A stretch of 64,000 nt of DNA from Mizuhopecten yessoensis (lineage: Eukaryota): the NCBI RefSeq assembly GCF_002113885.1, contig NW_018407700.1:3075038-3139037 (forward strand), given 5' to 3'. Numbering within the stretch: the first letter of the stretch is position 1; every line of letters starts with the position of its first letter. Under the pieces are notes generated by a model that was not told the origin of the DNA, searched no databases, and was given only the letters and a program-made list of their open reading frames with translations. The position numbers and the translations under genes are program-made. Positions 24,363 to 38,098 of this stretch are shown here, in pieces.

Positions 24363-25904
24363 CAATCGAAAACGTAAAAGTATCTAAAACAGAGGGTCTC
24401 CCCGAGGAAACACATAATGGTTTAACGTTCTGCTAAACGGGTTCGTCTCGCCAGTCTTATTCGATCATGTAAGCTCCCAGGAGGAATAGACCAGTATTAT
24501 TCAGTACAAAGGGCTATGACCAACCTGCAAAATATATCATCAATGACATCGGCCGTCGTGCAGAACCCAAGAGACTTGGTAAAAAGATATGGCTAAAAGT
24601 AAAAGTGAATGTGAGGATTATGGAAAACATTTTTCAGTCCATTTTGAAGACAGTGTAATAGAAAGTGTCAGTATTATTCACGTGGCTATTATTGATGGAT
24701 ATATGTAATATGTTTTACATACAATTTGTTCACGCAATATATCTTGCATACATTAACACGAATATACAAACATATGTGTCACGATTCGGGTATCTAAGTT
24801 ATTTGTAAAATCAGTTATTCCGCAGGAATTCTTAAACATACTAAGGCAATTTAGTGGTAATGCAGTCATCGAGCAAAAAAGGAAAATGAGTGGTAGGTTA
24901 GAAAGGTAACCTCTTATGAACCTCTAATGTTGTGCATTAGTTTCAATGGACCCGTTTTCATGTGTCCTAAGCTCGGTTAGACATGTACATGTACGTCCAG
25001 ATCCTTCATTCGATCAACCCTGGGACCTTCTCCTTTCGCTAATCCGAGCCCAAAGTGAGGATCAGCCATATCTTTATAAAGAATGATGCATTATTTTTCG
25101 AAGAAAAACCGATGATTTCAAATGTTACCCAAAATTAATAATTGCAGCTTAAACAAATATTTAGAAGTTTTGTTTAACATCATCTCAAACACGAACGTTG
25201 AGACTGACATTTGAGGAACACAAACACAACGAACTTAATGTACGATCACACAGTCTGTCCGCTTCATTTTATGTAACATGATTTTTACGCTGTTAGGATT
25301 AGGTCATGCCTCTCACTTGTAGGGGAGGACACAAACACGACTATCCTCCAGTGTGACTTTAGATGCAGTAAAACTAGATATGGAGTTTAATTCTTCATTT
25401 GATTTGTGATCAACGATGGAACCTGCCATATTGTTTTTCGTTTAACATGTTGCCGCCATAATATATTAAACAAACACGAGTTCTGTTTCAGCTCTTTGAC
25501 ATTGAAAACGGAATTCCATTGACAAGAAGGTCATATTGGAACCACAGATGATGCCAACATGCGAGAGTTCGCGTCACCGTTACATACATACTGGATGCGG
25601 GTCAGTGCTGACATGGACGGACCACCGTAGGGAATACTCCAAAACACGAACCATCATGCCGTAACTAGTTCTTATGCATAGGGGATAATAGGAAGTCATG
25701 CGTCTAACTCTGACACCTCCATTGTTACACGAGAATAAACAACACAGCCACGGTGCTTACCATCATTGACAAAACAGAAACATGATACACCTATCTGTAT
25801 TTGGGAGAAAGTGTATGTCGTTGAACATACCAATTGAATTACTACGTATAATCAAGTCATTCATGTACAATACATGTAACTGCTTAAATACACTGATATT
25901 TCAA

Positions 25905-28900
25905 CCAATGTCCGGTAATATCTACCTATGTCCGGAAGTATCTACCTATGTCTGGCAATATCTACCTATGTCTGGTAATATCTACCAATGTCCGGTAATA
26001 TCTACCTATGTCCGGTAATATCTACCTATGTCCGGTAATATCTACCTATGTCCGGTAATATCTACCTATGTCCGGTAATATCTACCTATGTCCGGTAATA
26101 TCTACCTATGTCCGGTAATATCTACCTATGTCCGGTAATATCTACCTATGTCCGGTAATATCTACCTATGTCCGGTAATATCTACCTATGTCCGGTAATA
26201 TCTACCTATGTCCGGTAATATCTACCTATGTCCGGTAATATCTACCTATGTCCGGTAATATCTACCTATGTCCGGTAATATCTACCTATGTCCGGTAATA
26301 TCTACCTATGTCCGGTAATATCTACCTATGTCCGGTAATATCTACCTATGTCCGGTAATATCTACCTATGTCCGGTAATATCTACCTATGTCCGGTAATA
26401 TCTACCTATGTCCGGTAATATCTACCTATGTCCGGTAATATCTACCTATGTCCGGTAATATCTACCTATGTCCGGTAATATCTACCTATGTCCGGTAATA
26501 TCTACCTATGTCCGGTAATATCTACCTATGTCCGGTAATATCTACCTATGTCCGGTAATATCTACCTATGTCCGGTAATATCTACCTATGTCCGGTAATA
26601 TCTACCTATGTCCGGTAATATCTACCTATGTCCGGTAATATCTACCTATGTCCGGTAATATCTACCTATGTCCGGTAATATCTACCTATGTCCGGTAATA
26701 TCTACCTATGTCCGGTAATATCTACCTATGTCCGGTAATATCTACCTATGTCCGGTAATATCTACCTATGTCCGGTAATATCTACCTATGTCCGGTAATA
26801 TCTACCTATGTCCGGTAATATCTACCTATGTCCGGTAATATCTACCTATGTCCGGTAATATCTACCTATGTCCGGTAATATCTACCTATGTCCGGTAATA
26901 TCTACCTATGTCCGGTAATATCTACCTATGTCCGGTAATATCTACCTATGTCCGGTAATATCTACCTATGTCCGGTAATATCTACCTATGTCCGGTAATA
27001 TCTACCTATGTCCGGTAATATCTACCTATGTCCGGTAATATCTACCTATGTCCGGTAATATCTACCTATGTCCGGTAATATCTACCTATGTCCGGTAATA
27101 TCTACCTATGTCCGGTAATATCTACCTATGTCCGGTAATATCTACCTATGTCCGGTAATATCTACCTATGTCCGGTAATATCTACCTATGTCCGGTAATA
27201 TCTACCTATGTCCGGTAATATCTACCTATGTCCGGTAATATCTACCTATGTCCGGTAATATCTACCTATGTCCGGTAATATCTACCTATGTCCGGTAATA
27301 TCTACCTATGTCCGGTAATATCTACCTATGTCCGGTAATATCTACCTATGTCCGGTAATATCTACCTATGTCCGGTAATATCTACCTATGTCCGGTAATA
27401 TCTACCTATGTCCGGTAATATCTACCTATGTCCGGTAATATCTACCTATGTCCGGTAATATCTACCTATGTCCGGTAATATCTACCTATGTCCGGTAATA
27501 TCTACCTATGTCCGGTAATATCTACCTATGTCCGGTAATATCTACCTATGTCCGGTAATATCTACCTATGTCCGGTAATATCTACCTATGTCCGGTAATA
27601 TCTACCTATGTCCGGTAATATCTACCTATGTCCGGTAATATCTACCTATGTCCGGTAATATCTACCTATGTCCGGTAATATCTACCTATGTCCGGTAATA
27701 TCTACCTATGTCCGGTAATATCTACCTATGTCCGGTAATATCTACCTATGTCCGGTAATATCTACCTATGTCCGGTAATATCTACCTATGTCCGGTAATA
27801 TCTACCTATGTCCGGTAATATCTACCTATGTCCGGTAATATCTACCTATGTCCGGTAATATCTACCTATGTCCGGTAATATCTACCAATGTCCGGTAATA
27901 TCTACCTATGTCCGGTAATATCTACCTGTGTCCGGTAATATCTACTAATATCCGGTAATATCTACTAATGTCCGGTTATATCTACCTATGTCCGGTTATA
28001 TCTACTAATGTCCGGTAATATCTACCAATGTCCGGTAATTTCTACCTATGTCCCGTAATATCTACCAATGTCCGGTAATATCTACCTATGTCCGGTAATA
28101 TCTACTAATATCCGGTAATATCTACCTATGTCTTCTAATATCTACCTATGTCTGGTAATATCTACCTATGTCCGGTAATATCTACCTATGTCCGGTAATA
28201 TCTACCAATGTCCGGTAATATCTACCTATGTCCGGTAATATCTACCTATGTCCGGTAATATCTACCTATGTCCGGTAATATCTTACTATGTCCGGTAATA
28301 TCTACCTATGTCTGGTAATATCCACCTATGTCCGCTAATATCTACCTATGTCCGGTAATATCTACCTATGTCTGGTAATATCTACCAGTGTCCGGTAATA
28401 CTACCAATGTCTGGTAATATCCACCTATGTCCGCTAATATCTACCTATGTCCGGTAATATTTACCTATGTCCGGTAATATCTACCAATGTTCGGTAATAT
28501 CTACTAATGTCCGGTAATATCTACCAGTGTCCGTTACAAATGGATATTACAAGACATAGGTAGATATCTACCAATGTTCGGTAATGTCCGGTAATATCTA
28601 CCTATGTCCGGTAATATCTACCAATGTTCGGTAATATCTACCTATGTCCGGTAATATCTAATAATGTCCGGAAATATCTACCAGTGTCCGTTACAAATGT
28701 AATATCTACCAATGTCCGGTAATATCTGCCATTGTCCGGTAATATCTACCTATGTCTGGTAATATCCACCTATGTCCGCTAATATCTACCTATGTCCGGT
28801 AATATCTACCAATGTCCGGTAATATCTGCCATTGTCCGGTAATATCTACCTATGTCTGGTAATATCCACCTATGTCCGCTAATATCTACCTATGTCCGGT

Positions 28901-29452
28901 AATATCTACTAATGTCCGGTAATATCTACCTATGTCTGGTAATATCTACCTATGTCCGGTAATATCTACTAATGTCCGGTAATGTCTACCAGTGTCCGGT
29001 AATATCTACATATGTCTGGTATTATCTACCTATGTTCGGTAATATCTACCTATGTCCGGTAATATCTACTAATGTCCGGTAATATCTACCTATGTCCGGT
29101 AATATCTACCTATGTCCGGTAATATCTACCAATGTCCGGTAATATTTACTAATGTCCGGTAATATCTACCAATGTCCGGTAATATCTATCAATTTCCGGT
29201 AATATTTACTAATGTCCGGTAATATCTACCTATGTCTGGTAATATCTACCTATGTCTGGTAATATCTACCAATGTCTGGTAATATCTACCAGTGTCCGGT
29301 TATATCTACCTATGTCTGGTAATATCTACCTATGTCTGGTAATATCTACCTATGTCCGTTAATATCTACCAATGTCCGGTAATTTCTACTAATATCCGGT
29401 AATATATACCTATGTCTGGTAATATCTACCTATGCCCGTTAATATCTACCTA
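25905..29452 (+). repeat. 20-bp minisatellite (TCCGGTAATATCTACCTATG)n
   Basis: Invariant from 25991 to ~27886 (~94 units), degenerate after that. Confidence 0.99.
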
Positions 29453-32057
29453 CTATGCTGATTAAGAACCCGTGGTGCAAGTGTACATATGTACTCTGAA
29501 AAAATACATGTCCCTCAGCATCTCATTGGTTATACATGTTCGGGAAGTATTATCATATAAATGCAAATATATTGCGAGACTGCGCATGTACACTCTGTTA
29601 TATGCATATAACTGTTTGGTAATAAGGATGACACATATTGATCAAGTAAAAGGAAACTGCTTTTAACTTTCCATTTCTCAAGTTTTAAGTATTGATTGGC
29701 TATCACACTGTCATGTGTTATTGTTTCTGGCAAGTTTCGCTCGCTGTTACGATAGATGATCGAGCCATGCTCGCGTATATTGAACATAACTATGTTCTGT
29801 ATGGCATACCGATATAAAGACTTTTATTTCAAGAAAACATCTTGTCAAAAGGTTTACTTAAATCTGAAATACCGAATGTTTACGTCAACTTCCACTGAGT
29901 GAATAGTGATTTTAGATTTGATACGATAGCTCTGATCTATTTTTCATTAGATACCTAGACCGTTGCTATGGAGTATTCCAGGTTTCTATGAGCTGTAATG
30001 AACAAAGGAGAAATTAATATTCGTCATTTCGTAACAAAAATAAGAGTAAAATGATGCATTTCAGTAATAAAAGATGACAACGAAACCCATGAACTGAAAT
30101 TAACAAAACATGGATTGTGATCGATCGAAAGTTGTACACGTCTGATGATTTAATGGAACTTTAGGACAGAAATACGGTCAGGACCAATATTGAACTTAAA
30201 GGTTTCAACCTGGAATTTTTGCGAATTGTTTGACGATGTTAAACATGACCGTAACAGTCATTTCAGGTGTCTTTTCTTACCTGCAATACCTACACGTCCT
30301 TAGCTTGTTACCGGTGTCTGTGTACGTATCATTACACATTTCTCTGTACAAACAAAGTCTTCTGATAACGTTATTTATGTCGATGGGATAAGATCGTTAG
30401 CTTGAGTTTTCACGAATTAAAAACAAAATTATAATGTGTATAATTAAATACAGGTTTTCAGGTTCTGCCTCGTGGTTTAATTCGGGATCGGTAATCAGCT
30501 GTTTGTAGTTAATGTTTAGATTGGATATCTTCCCAATTATCTATAGTGTTCTTGTTCTATAGCTGATATAGCATCTTTCGGTAACCGATGGTCTAGATCT
30601 ATGTACCTCCTAAATTGCAATGTCTCCAGTAAATCTTTCTTACATCATCTCATAGGCGTTTCCATCTTGGTTTTTGTCTACCTGTATTTTGTCTACCAGT
30701 ACAATTATATTGGATTACAAACATGGGTTTCCCTAGGCGTATTGTGTTATTTACGCTAGTTCTCTGATGCGCTTGTCAATGACATCTGCTTGTGTTTCGG
30801 TCAGTTTGTACTGCGCGGCAATGTGCGTTTACGCATATTAACTCTTCATGGTATTTGTTACAATGTTGGGATTTCCATGTTTAGCTGATAATTAGATATT
30901 GTTTATCGGCCTCGGGCAATGTCTTATTTTTCTGTCATTTAATATCAGAAGTATTCATTTACTTTTAGCTAGTTTTACCTTTACATAAAGGGTTTGCCCA
31001 GAATAATGCCTCAAGTCGCCCAAACAGTTATATTACCTTCCGCTTGTTTAGTCACAAGGTACAATACGTGTTTATAACAGATCAATGGACGCATCGTCCA
31101 TTGATTTACATATATTTATCAATGAAAAAAACACAAACATTTTTTTCTTTAATACTAATTTATATATAATCACACTTTGTTGCGGGGGCCTTTCGTTTTT
31201 ATCCACGTGTTAGCGACGAGAAATATGTTCGAACGACACACCTTGAAAATACTGTGTGATAAACTGTTTATCATCTATATCTCACTACCTTATAAATTTC
31301 TCCATTCATAAAAAGTTGACTAAACAACACATTTTCCAGATAACTTTTAGGCTCAATGACCGATCGCATATCCTCGGTCTGTGACAAAGGTAAACACATT
31401 GAAAATGTTCGCGGAGGAACACCATGAACCTTAAATATACATACAAAAACAGTTTAAAAAACAATCGTATCGTCTTTGGCTTCTCCATATGAACCATTAC
31501 CCTTAAAATGGTGTAGTTATCTTCACATTGTTTTTTGCTGACTGTATATTGATTTATTTATCAGGCTCTATCTTCTTACGCGGGTCACCTTTGTAAGGAT
31601 CCTATTTCCAGTTCAGGACGACATCTGGCGCGAGCAGACGTTCTTTTTATTTTAGAAAATCCATTCCAAAAACTGGAAAATCCATTCTCAAGTTATTCTC
31701 AAATTCCTATTCTCAGTAATGAACGCATAATGACAGCAGCGCTTCCGTGAAATATTGTAGAGACCTCAAAAATACAGAAATATTCAGAGAGGTTTCACAA
31801 CGAGGGACAATTTCAAAAAAAATAAAGTAAAAAAACCCACGCTTAAACGATTTTCTCATTTTAGAAGTTCAACATTAACTACGAGAATAATATAAACTTG
31901 ACGAACAACGGTTGTTAGTTATGGGACTTCTTTCTTCACAATTCTTATGACATAGTCGAGTGGCGTTGTTTTACTAAGTATTCACGTGATCACTTTGGTA
32001 AACACACAGATTATTTACGACTTACACTGGTTTTTGATTATGCTTATAGGTTTTTGG

Positions 32058-32450
32058 AAGTGTGACCGATTCGTTTTAACACGTCATTTGACCAGGAGAC
32101 AATACGTTATATTTCCCAGCAAGTGTGACCGATTCGTTTTAACACGTCATTTGACCAGGGGACAATACCTTTTATCTCCCAGCAAGTGTGACCGATTCGT
32201 TTTAACACGGCATTTGAACAGGAGACAATACGTTTTATCTCCCAGCTATGAACGCTTTTAATCTTACAAAACAGCATACCTCACATAAACTCGTGTTCTT
32301 AATTTAACAACACAGCATATCTCCCAGCAATGCGTGTTCTAAATTCACATAACATCATATATTACAGCAACGCTTGCTCTTAATTCAAATAACACCGTAT
32401 CTGCCAGTCACGCGTGTTCTACAAATAAATTACTGTCATATCTCCTGGCA
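32058..32450 (+). repeat. Three ~63-bp tandem repeats followed by degenerate ~39-bp units
   Basis: aagtgtgaccgattcgttttaacacgtcatttgaccagg... x3, then catatctcccagcaa...gtgttct variants. Confidence 0.85.
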
Positions 32451-32799
32451 GCCAATAGCCCCATTTGGAGCCTTACAATGGGTGTGAGCAGAAATATCAG
32501 CTTTGGAGTGATGTCATGTATTCTCCCTTTTCTACAGAGAAGGTATATATTCTTTGTGTAAGTTATTTCTTTTCCGATATAATAAACAATCTATTGCCCT
32601 ATAACAAACCAGATTTGAATGTTAACATTAGTAGGTTCCCGCTACATGGTGAATGTAGTATCGACTATAAAATATTATCCTCTTAACGTTTAGATAAACT
32701 TAAAGACGATTCTAATCCACTTAGAGGGCGGAACGTTGGGACTTGTGATAACTGTTCTGAATTTGTGAAATTGATTACAGTAAAAGCGCATTCTCAGTC

Positions 32800-33140
32800 G
32801 TCTGATCACTATGTGACGTTACATATCTTAAGCAGGTGCCCGCCAAGGGATATTCCGAAGAGGTCTTAAACCCTTTGTTAGAAATAATCTATTATAGTCA
32901 TTTCCCGGGGGAACTCTTTCATTACAGTTGTCTGGTCAGGCGTACCAATAACGTCGCTGTAACACCAGAGGACCGCAAACATTGCAAACCTTGTCAGTGA
33001 ACTTTGGGTAAGCATGTCTCCTTCTTTGTCACTTAATGCATGGCGTAAGATATCAGCAAACAACCGTAATATATTGTTATCTATAACGTGGCTGAATTGC
33101 CATTTCTCAATCCCCTTTTTCATGTGAGCTATCTTCATAA
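32800..33140 (-). pseudogene. Fossil CR1/L2-like LINE RT start
   Basis: IDNNILRLFADILRHALS..QSSLT..LW (~IPNRILKEFADILAxPLT..SL..W), then GLRP and ISLGGHLLKI (~DLRPISLTSxLxK) across a frameshift. Confidence 0.45.
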
Positions 33141-33974
33141 AAGTCAGGCAAACACTTTGTTTTAACTTACAAATGTAGCACTTTTGCTCTGCTGTATTCT
33201 TAGTTTGGTAATTGATGACATTGAAGACGGCAACACTGAAATGAGAATGGAAATTCTGTCCTATCCTGCTGCAAGTTGCACGGTTCTCGGTGTCATGCCA
33301 CTGTTCTCGTTGGCACTAAAACTAGTACAAAGTACGGTTCCTTGCCATCTAAGCTTTCCCGTAGCCTATAGAGCAACGGTAAATATCAAATCATTTTCAA
33401 ATAAATAATCATGTGATATACTTAACTGGTGCTGAGTAAGGATAGCCCTAAAAGGGCAGATTAGACGGGGTCAGACTGTGTCACGGAGGGTCAAAGTCGT
33501 ATTACGATAAAGATAAATGGGTAACTTGGTATAGTAGCAAATACAACGCCTGGTTTATGGTATTGTCTGTCAAGTCTACCTATTATACGTGGAAGATGTG
33601 GACGACGGACATTATTTCACTATATTTATGAGATAGAATTAAGGAATGTGTATCTGACTCTTTGGTCTGCTTGTGACAAAGGGAATCGCTGCATAGCAAA
33701 TGATGGTGAGAAACAGAATACCCCCCCCCCCTTTATAGAGGACTGAAAGTGTCATCACTATACAATGGCTTGTCGTGACGTTGTTCTTGTTCCTTGGTAC
33801 TGGATATTTAAAAACAAGTGTTCCCGTAACATGGGAAGCGTTATAGGAAAAAAACCGGGGTATGAGAGTAGGTTCAACATTCTGGAGGATTTATACCCAA
33901 CACATGTTTTACAAAGAAAAGACATGGGTAAAAAAATCATAGAGACAATTCCAATCTCTGTCATAAACGGATGG

Positions 33975-36900
33975 TAAATATGTGGGGTATACGAAACCAG
34001 AGGGGGATATGTGGTGGGGTTGTGCGGAGCCAGAGGAGAGATACAGTGTGTTGGAGGTGTACGGAACCAGAGGGAAGATATGTTGGAGGTGTACGGAGAC
34101 AGAGGGAAGATATGTTGGGAGTGTACGGAACCAGAGGGGGATATGTGGTGCGGTGTACGGAACCAGAGGTGGGATATGTTGGGGGTGTAAGGAACCAGAG
34201 GGGAGATACATGTATGTTGGAGGTGTACGGAATCAGAGGGGAGATATGTTGGAGGTGTACGGAGCAAGAGGGGAGATTTGTTGGAGGTGTACGGAACAAG
34301 AGGGGAGATTTGTTGGGGATATACGGAACTAGAGGGGGTATACGTGATGAGGGTATACGGAACCACAGGGGGGTATGTTTGGGATGTACGGAACTAGAGG
34401 GGAGATATGTGATGAGGTTATATGTGGTGAGGGTGTACGGAACCAGAGGGGAGTATGGATGGGGTTGTACAGAACAAGAGGGGGATATGTTGGGAGTGTA
34501 CGGAACCAGAAGGGTATATGTGATGAGGGTGTACGGAAAAAGAGGGAGTACGGATGGGGTTGTAAGGAACAAGAGGGGGATATGTTGTGAGTGTACGGAA
34601 CCAGAGGGGTATATGTGATGAGGGTGTACGGAAAAAGAGGGAGTACGGATGGGGTTGTAAGGAACAAGAGGGGGATATGTTGTGAGTGTACGGAACCAGA
34701 GGGGGATATATTGGGGGTGTACGGAACCAGAGGGGGATATATTGGGGGTGTACGGAACCAGAGGGGGATTTGGGGGGGGTGTACGGAACAAGAGGGGGAT
34801 GTGTGTGGGGTGTACGGAACAAGAGGGGGATATGTTTTGGGGTGTGAGGAACCAGAGGGGGATATGTGTGGGTTGTAAGGAACCAGAGGGGGATATTTGT
34901 GGGGTGTACGGAACCAGGGGGGGATTTGTGTGGGGTGTACGGAACAAGAGGGGGAATATGTGTGGGGTGTACGGAACAAGAGGGGGAATATGTGTGGGGT
35001 GTACGGAACAAGAGGGGGAATATGTGTGGGTTGTACGGAACCAGAGGGGGATATGTGGGGGGTGTACGGAACCAGAGGGGTTGGGGATATACGGAACTAG
35101 AGGGGGTATACGTGATGAGGGTATACGGAACCACAGGGGGGTATGTTTGGGATGTACGGAACTAGAGGGGAGATATGTGATGAGGGGATATGTGGTGAGG
35201 GTGTACGGAACCAGAGGGGAGGATGTATGGGGTTGTACAGAACAAGAGGGGGATATGTTGGGAGGGTACGGAACCAGAGGGGTATATGTGTGGGGTGTAC
35301 GGAACAAGAGGGGGATGTGTGTGGGGTGTACGGAACCAGAGGGAGATATGTGTGGGGTGTACGGAACCAGAGGGTGATATATGTGGGGTGTACGGAACCA
35401 GAGGGAGATATGTGTGGGGTGTACGGAACCAGAGGGAGATATGTGTGGGGTGTACGGAACCAGAGGGGGATATATTGGGGGTGTACGGAACCAGAGGGGG
35501 ATATGTGTGGGGTGTACGGAACCAGAGGGGGATATGTGTGGGTTGTACGGAACCAGAGGGGGATATTTGTGGGGTGTACGGAACCAGAGGGGGATATGTT
35601 TGGGGTGTACGGAACAAGAGGGGGAATGTGTGGGGTGTACGGAACCATAGGGGGATATGTTGTGGGGGTGTACGGAACCAGAGGTCGGATATGTTGGGGG
35701 TGTACGGAACCAGAGGGAGTACGGATAGGGTTGTACGGAACAAGAGGGGGATGTGTGTGGGGTGGACGGAACCAGAGGGGGATATGGTGTGGGGTGTACG
35801 GAACCAGGGGGGGATAAGTTGTGGGGTGTACGGAACCAGGGGGGGATTTGTGTGGGGTGTACGGAACAAGAGGGGGATGTGTGGGGGGTGTACGGACCCA
35901 GAGGGGGATATGTTGTGGGGTGTACGGAACCAGGGGGGGATAAGTTGTGGGGTGTACGGAACCAGAGGGCGATATGTGGTGGGGGTGTACGGAACCACAG
36001 GGGGATATGTGTGGGGTGTACGGAAGAAGAGGGGGATATGTGTGGGGTGTAAGAAACCAGAGGGGGATATATGTGGGGTATACGGAACCAGAGGGGGATA
36101 TGTTGTGGGGTGTACGGAACCAGAGGTCGGATATGTTGGGGGTGTACGGAACCAGAGGGCGATATGTGGTGGGGGTGTACGGAACCAGAGGGGGGATATG
36201 TTGGGGGGTATGGAACCAGAGGTGGGATATGTTTGGTGTACGAAACCACAGGGGGATATGTTGTGGGGGTGTACGGAACCAGAGGTCGGATATGTTGGGG
36301 GTGTACGGAACCAGAGGGAGATATGTGTGGGGTGTACGGAACCAAAGGGGGATATTTGTGGGGTGTACGGACAAGAGGGAGATGTGTGTGGGGTGTACGG
36401 AACCAAAGGGGGATATGGTTGGGGTGTACGGAACCAGAGGGCGATATGTGGTGGGGGTGTACGGAACCAGAGGGAGATATGTTGTGGGGTGTACGGACCC
36501 AGGGGGGGATATGTTTGGGTTGTACGGAACAAGAGGGGGATATGTTTGGGTTGTGCGGAACAAGAGGGGGTTGTGTGTGGGGTGTACGGAACCAAAGGGG
36601 GATATGGTTGGGGTGTACGGAACCAGAGGGAGATATGTGTGGGTTGTACGGAACCAGAGGGGTATATGTTGTGGGGTGTACGGAACCAGAGGGAGATATG
36701 TGTGGGGTGTACGGAACCAGAGGGGGATATATGTGGGGTATACGTATACGGAACCAGAGGGGGATATGTGTGGGGTGTACGGAACCAGAGGGGGATATGT
36801 TGTGGGGTGTACGGAACCAGAGGGGGATATGTTTGGGTTGTACGGAACAAGAGGGGGATGTGTGTGGGGTGTACGGAACCAGAGGGGGATATGTGTGGGG

Positions 36901-37082
36901 TGTACGGAACCAGGGGGGGATATGCGTAGGGTGTACGGAACCAGAGGGGGATATGTGTGGGGTGTACGGAACAAGAGGGGGATATGTGTGGGGTGTACGG
37001 AACCAGAGGGGGATATATGTGGGGTGTACGGAACCAGAGGGAGATATGTGTGGGGTGTACGGAACCAGAGGGGGATATGTGA
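33975..37082 (+). repeat. G-rich ~31-bp minisatellite (GTGTACGGAACCAGAGGGGGATATGTGTGGG), ~100 units
   Basis: Direct inspection; variable unit length; higher-order duplications. Confidence 0.98.
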
Positions 37083-37981
37083 GACATTTAGTGTCAAATG
37101 ATGACACGCGCTATCGAATGATTCTGATACGTTTATCTATTTTATGTTTTTAAATTTTATAATTTGATTGCCTGCTTTGAGAGAAGATTTAGTTGCTACA
37201 GTCTGACTGTATCAACTTCAGCATACCCTTCCAGAAAGTCTATGGAAACGAAATCCAACTTGTAGAGAAGCCAAATGCGCACGTCTTACAACAATATAAT
37301 GTTCTACCCGGTCTTTGTTCTGGTCAACGGTACTTTTCCATAACATCTGTGATTACCTGGGTAATAAAACCGTTTATCATTTCTGAATTAACAGCCTATA
37401 TGATCACGAAATTAAGGTCAAACTGCAGGCCTCGCCGCTACTCATTAAACTCCGGACCGGTGATACGACCAACAGTGATTGACCAGTAATGAAACCCATA
37501 ACTAGTCATTGCCATGCTCTAAGCTAAAATCCCCGATATCGGTATACCAGGTCATTACGTTCTGAGAGATGTACACAGCTCGAGTATAACAGTCAATATT
37601 TACATTTGCATGGCATTGTCACTATATAGCCTCTTTGAAAGCTATGTCTTTGATGGGACTTTAATTACCATGCACCACGAGACACAATTCTTAGCGTATT
37701 AATACAACACTGACCGGAACTACAATATCCAATATAAATAAACATGACGGCTGCTGAAATATCGCTGGGCATTGTGAGATTTGACAACGTCATTGTAAAT
37801 TTATGTGCAAAATAAAAAATAAAATAAAATAAAAAACACTTTTATTACAACGAAAACAAGACCAAGGTCTGCAATATCGTGCAAAATGCACATCGGTTGA
37901 AATCCCCAATGCCGGCAATGGAAACAATTTTAACGCTCATGCAATTTATCGAAATATCGTCTGTTACATTGCACTGATCAA

Positions 37982-38098
37982 CAGGGGTTCGTTACAAATG
38001 TCTGCAATACACATATTCTATAGACCTACTGACACATAGAGACCTACTGATATGAGTCACAGCACACATAAAAATTTCAGACATTTGTAACGAACCTG
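37982..38098. mobile_element. Small MITE with CAGG-starting TIRs
   Basis: caggggttcgttacaaatgtctg ... cagacatttgtaacgaacctg; no TSD seen. Confidence 0.7.

Noticed and set aside
23488-24436. Hydrophobic repeat ORFs (FGVISSFR, LALFRLFA) as membrane proteins
   Set aside because: Lie wholly inside a TIR-bounded element and reflect its 24-bp unit
33758-37153. Long Pro/His/Tyr-rich and Gly-rich ORFs as structural proteins
   Set aside because: Unit length varies and is not a multiple of 3; all frames on both strands are open; no signal peptide or unique domain
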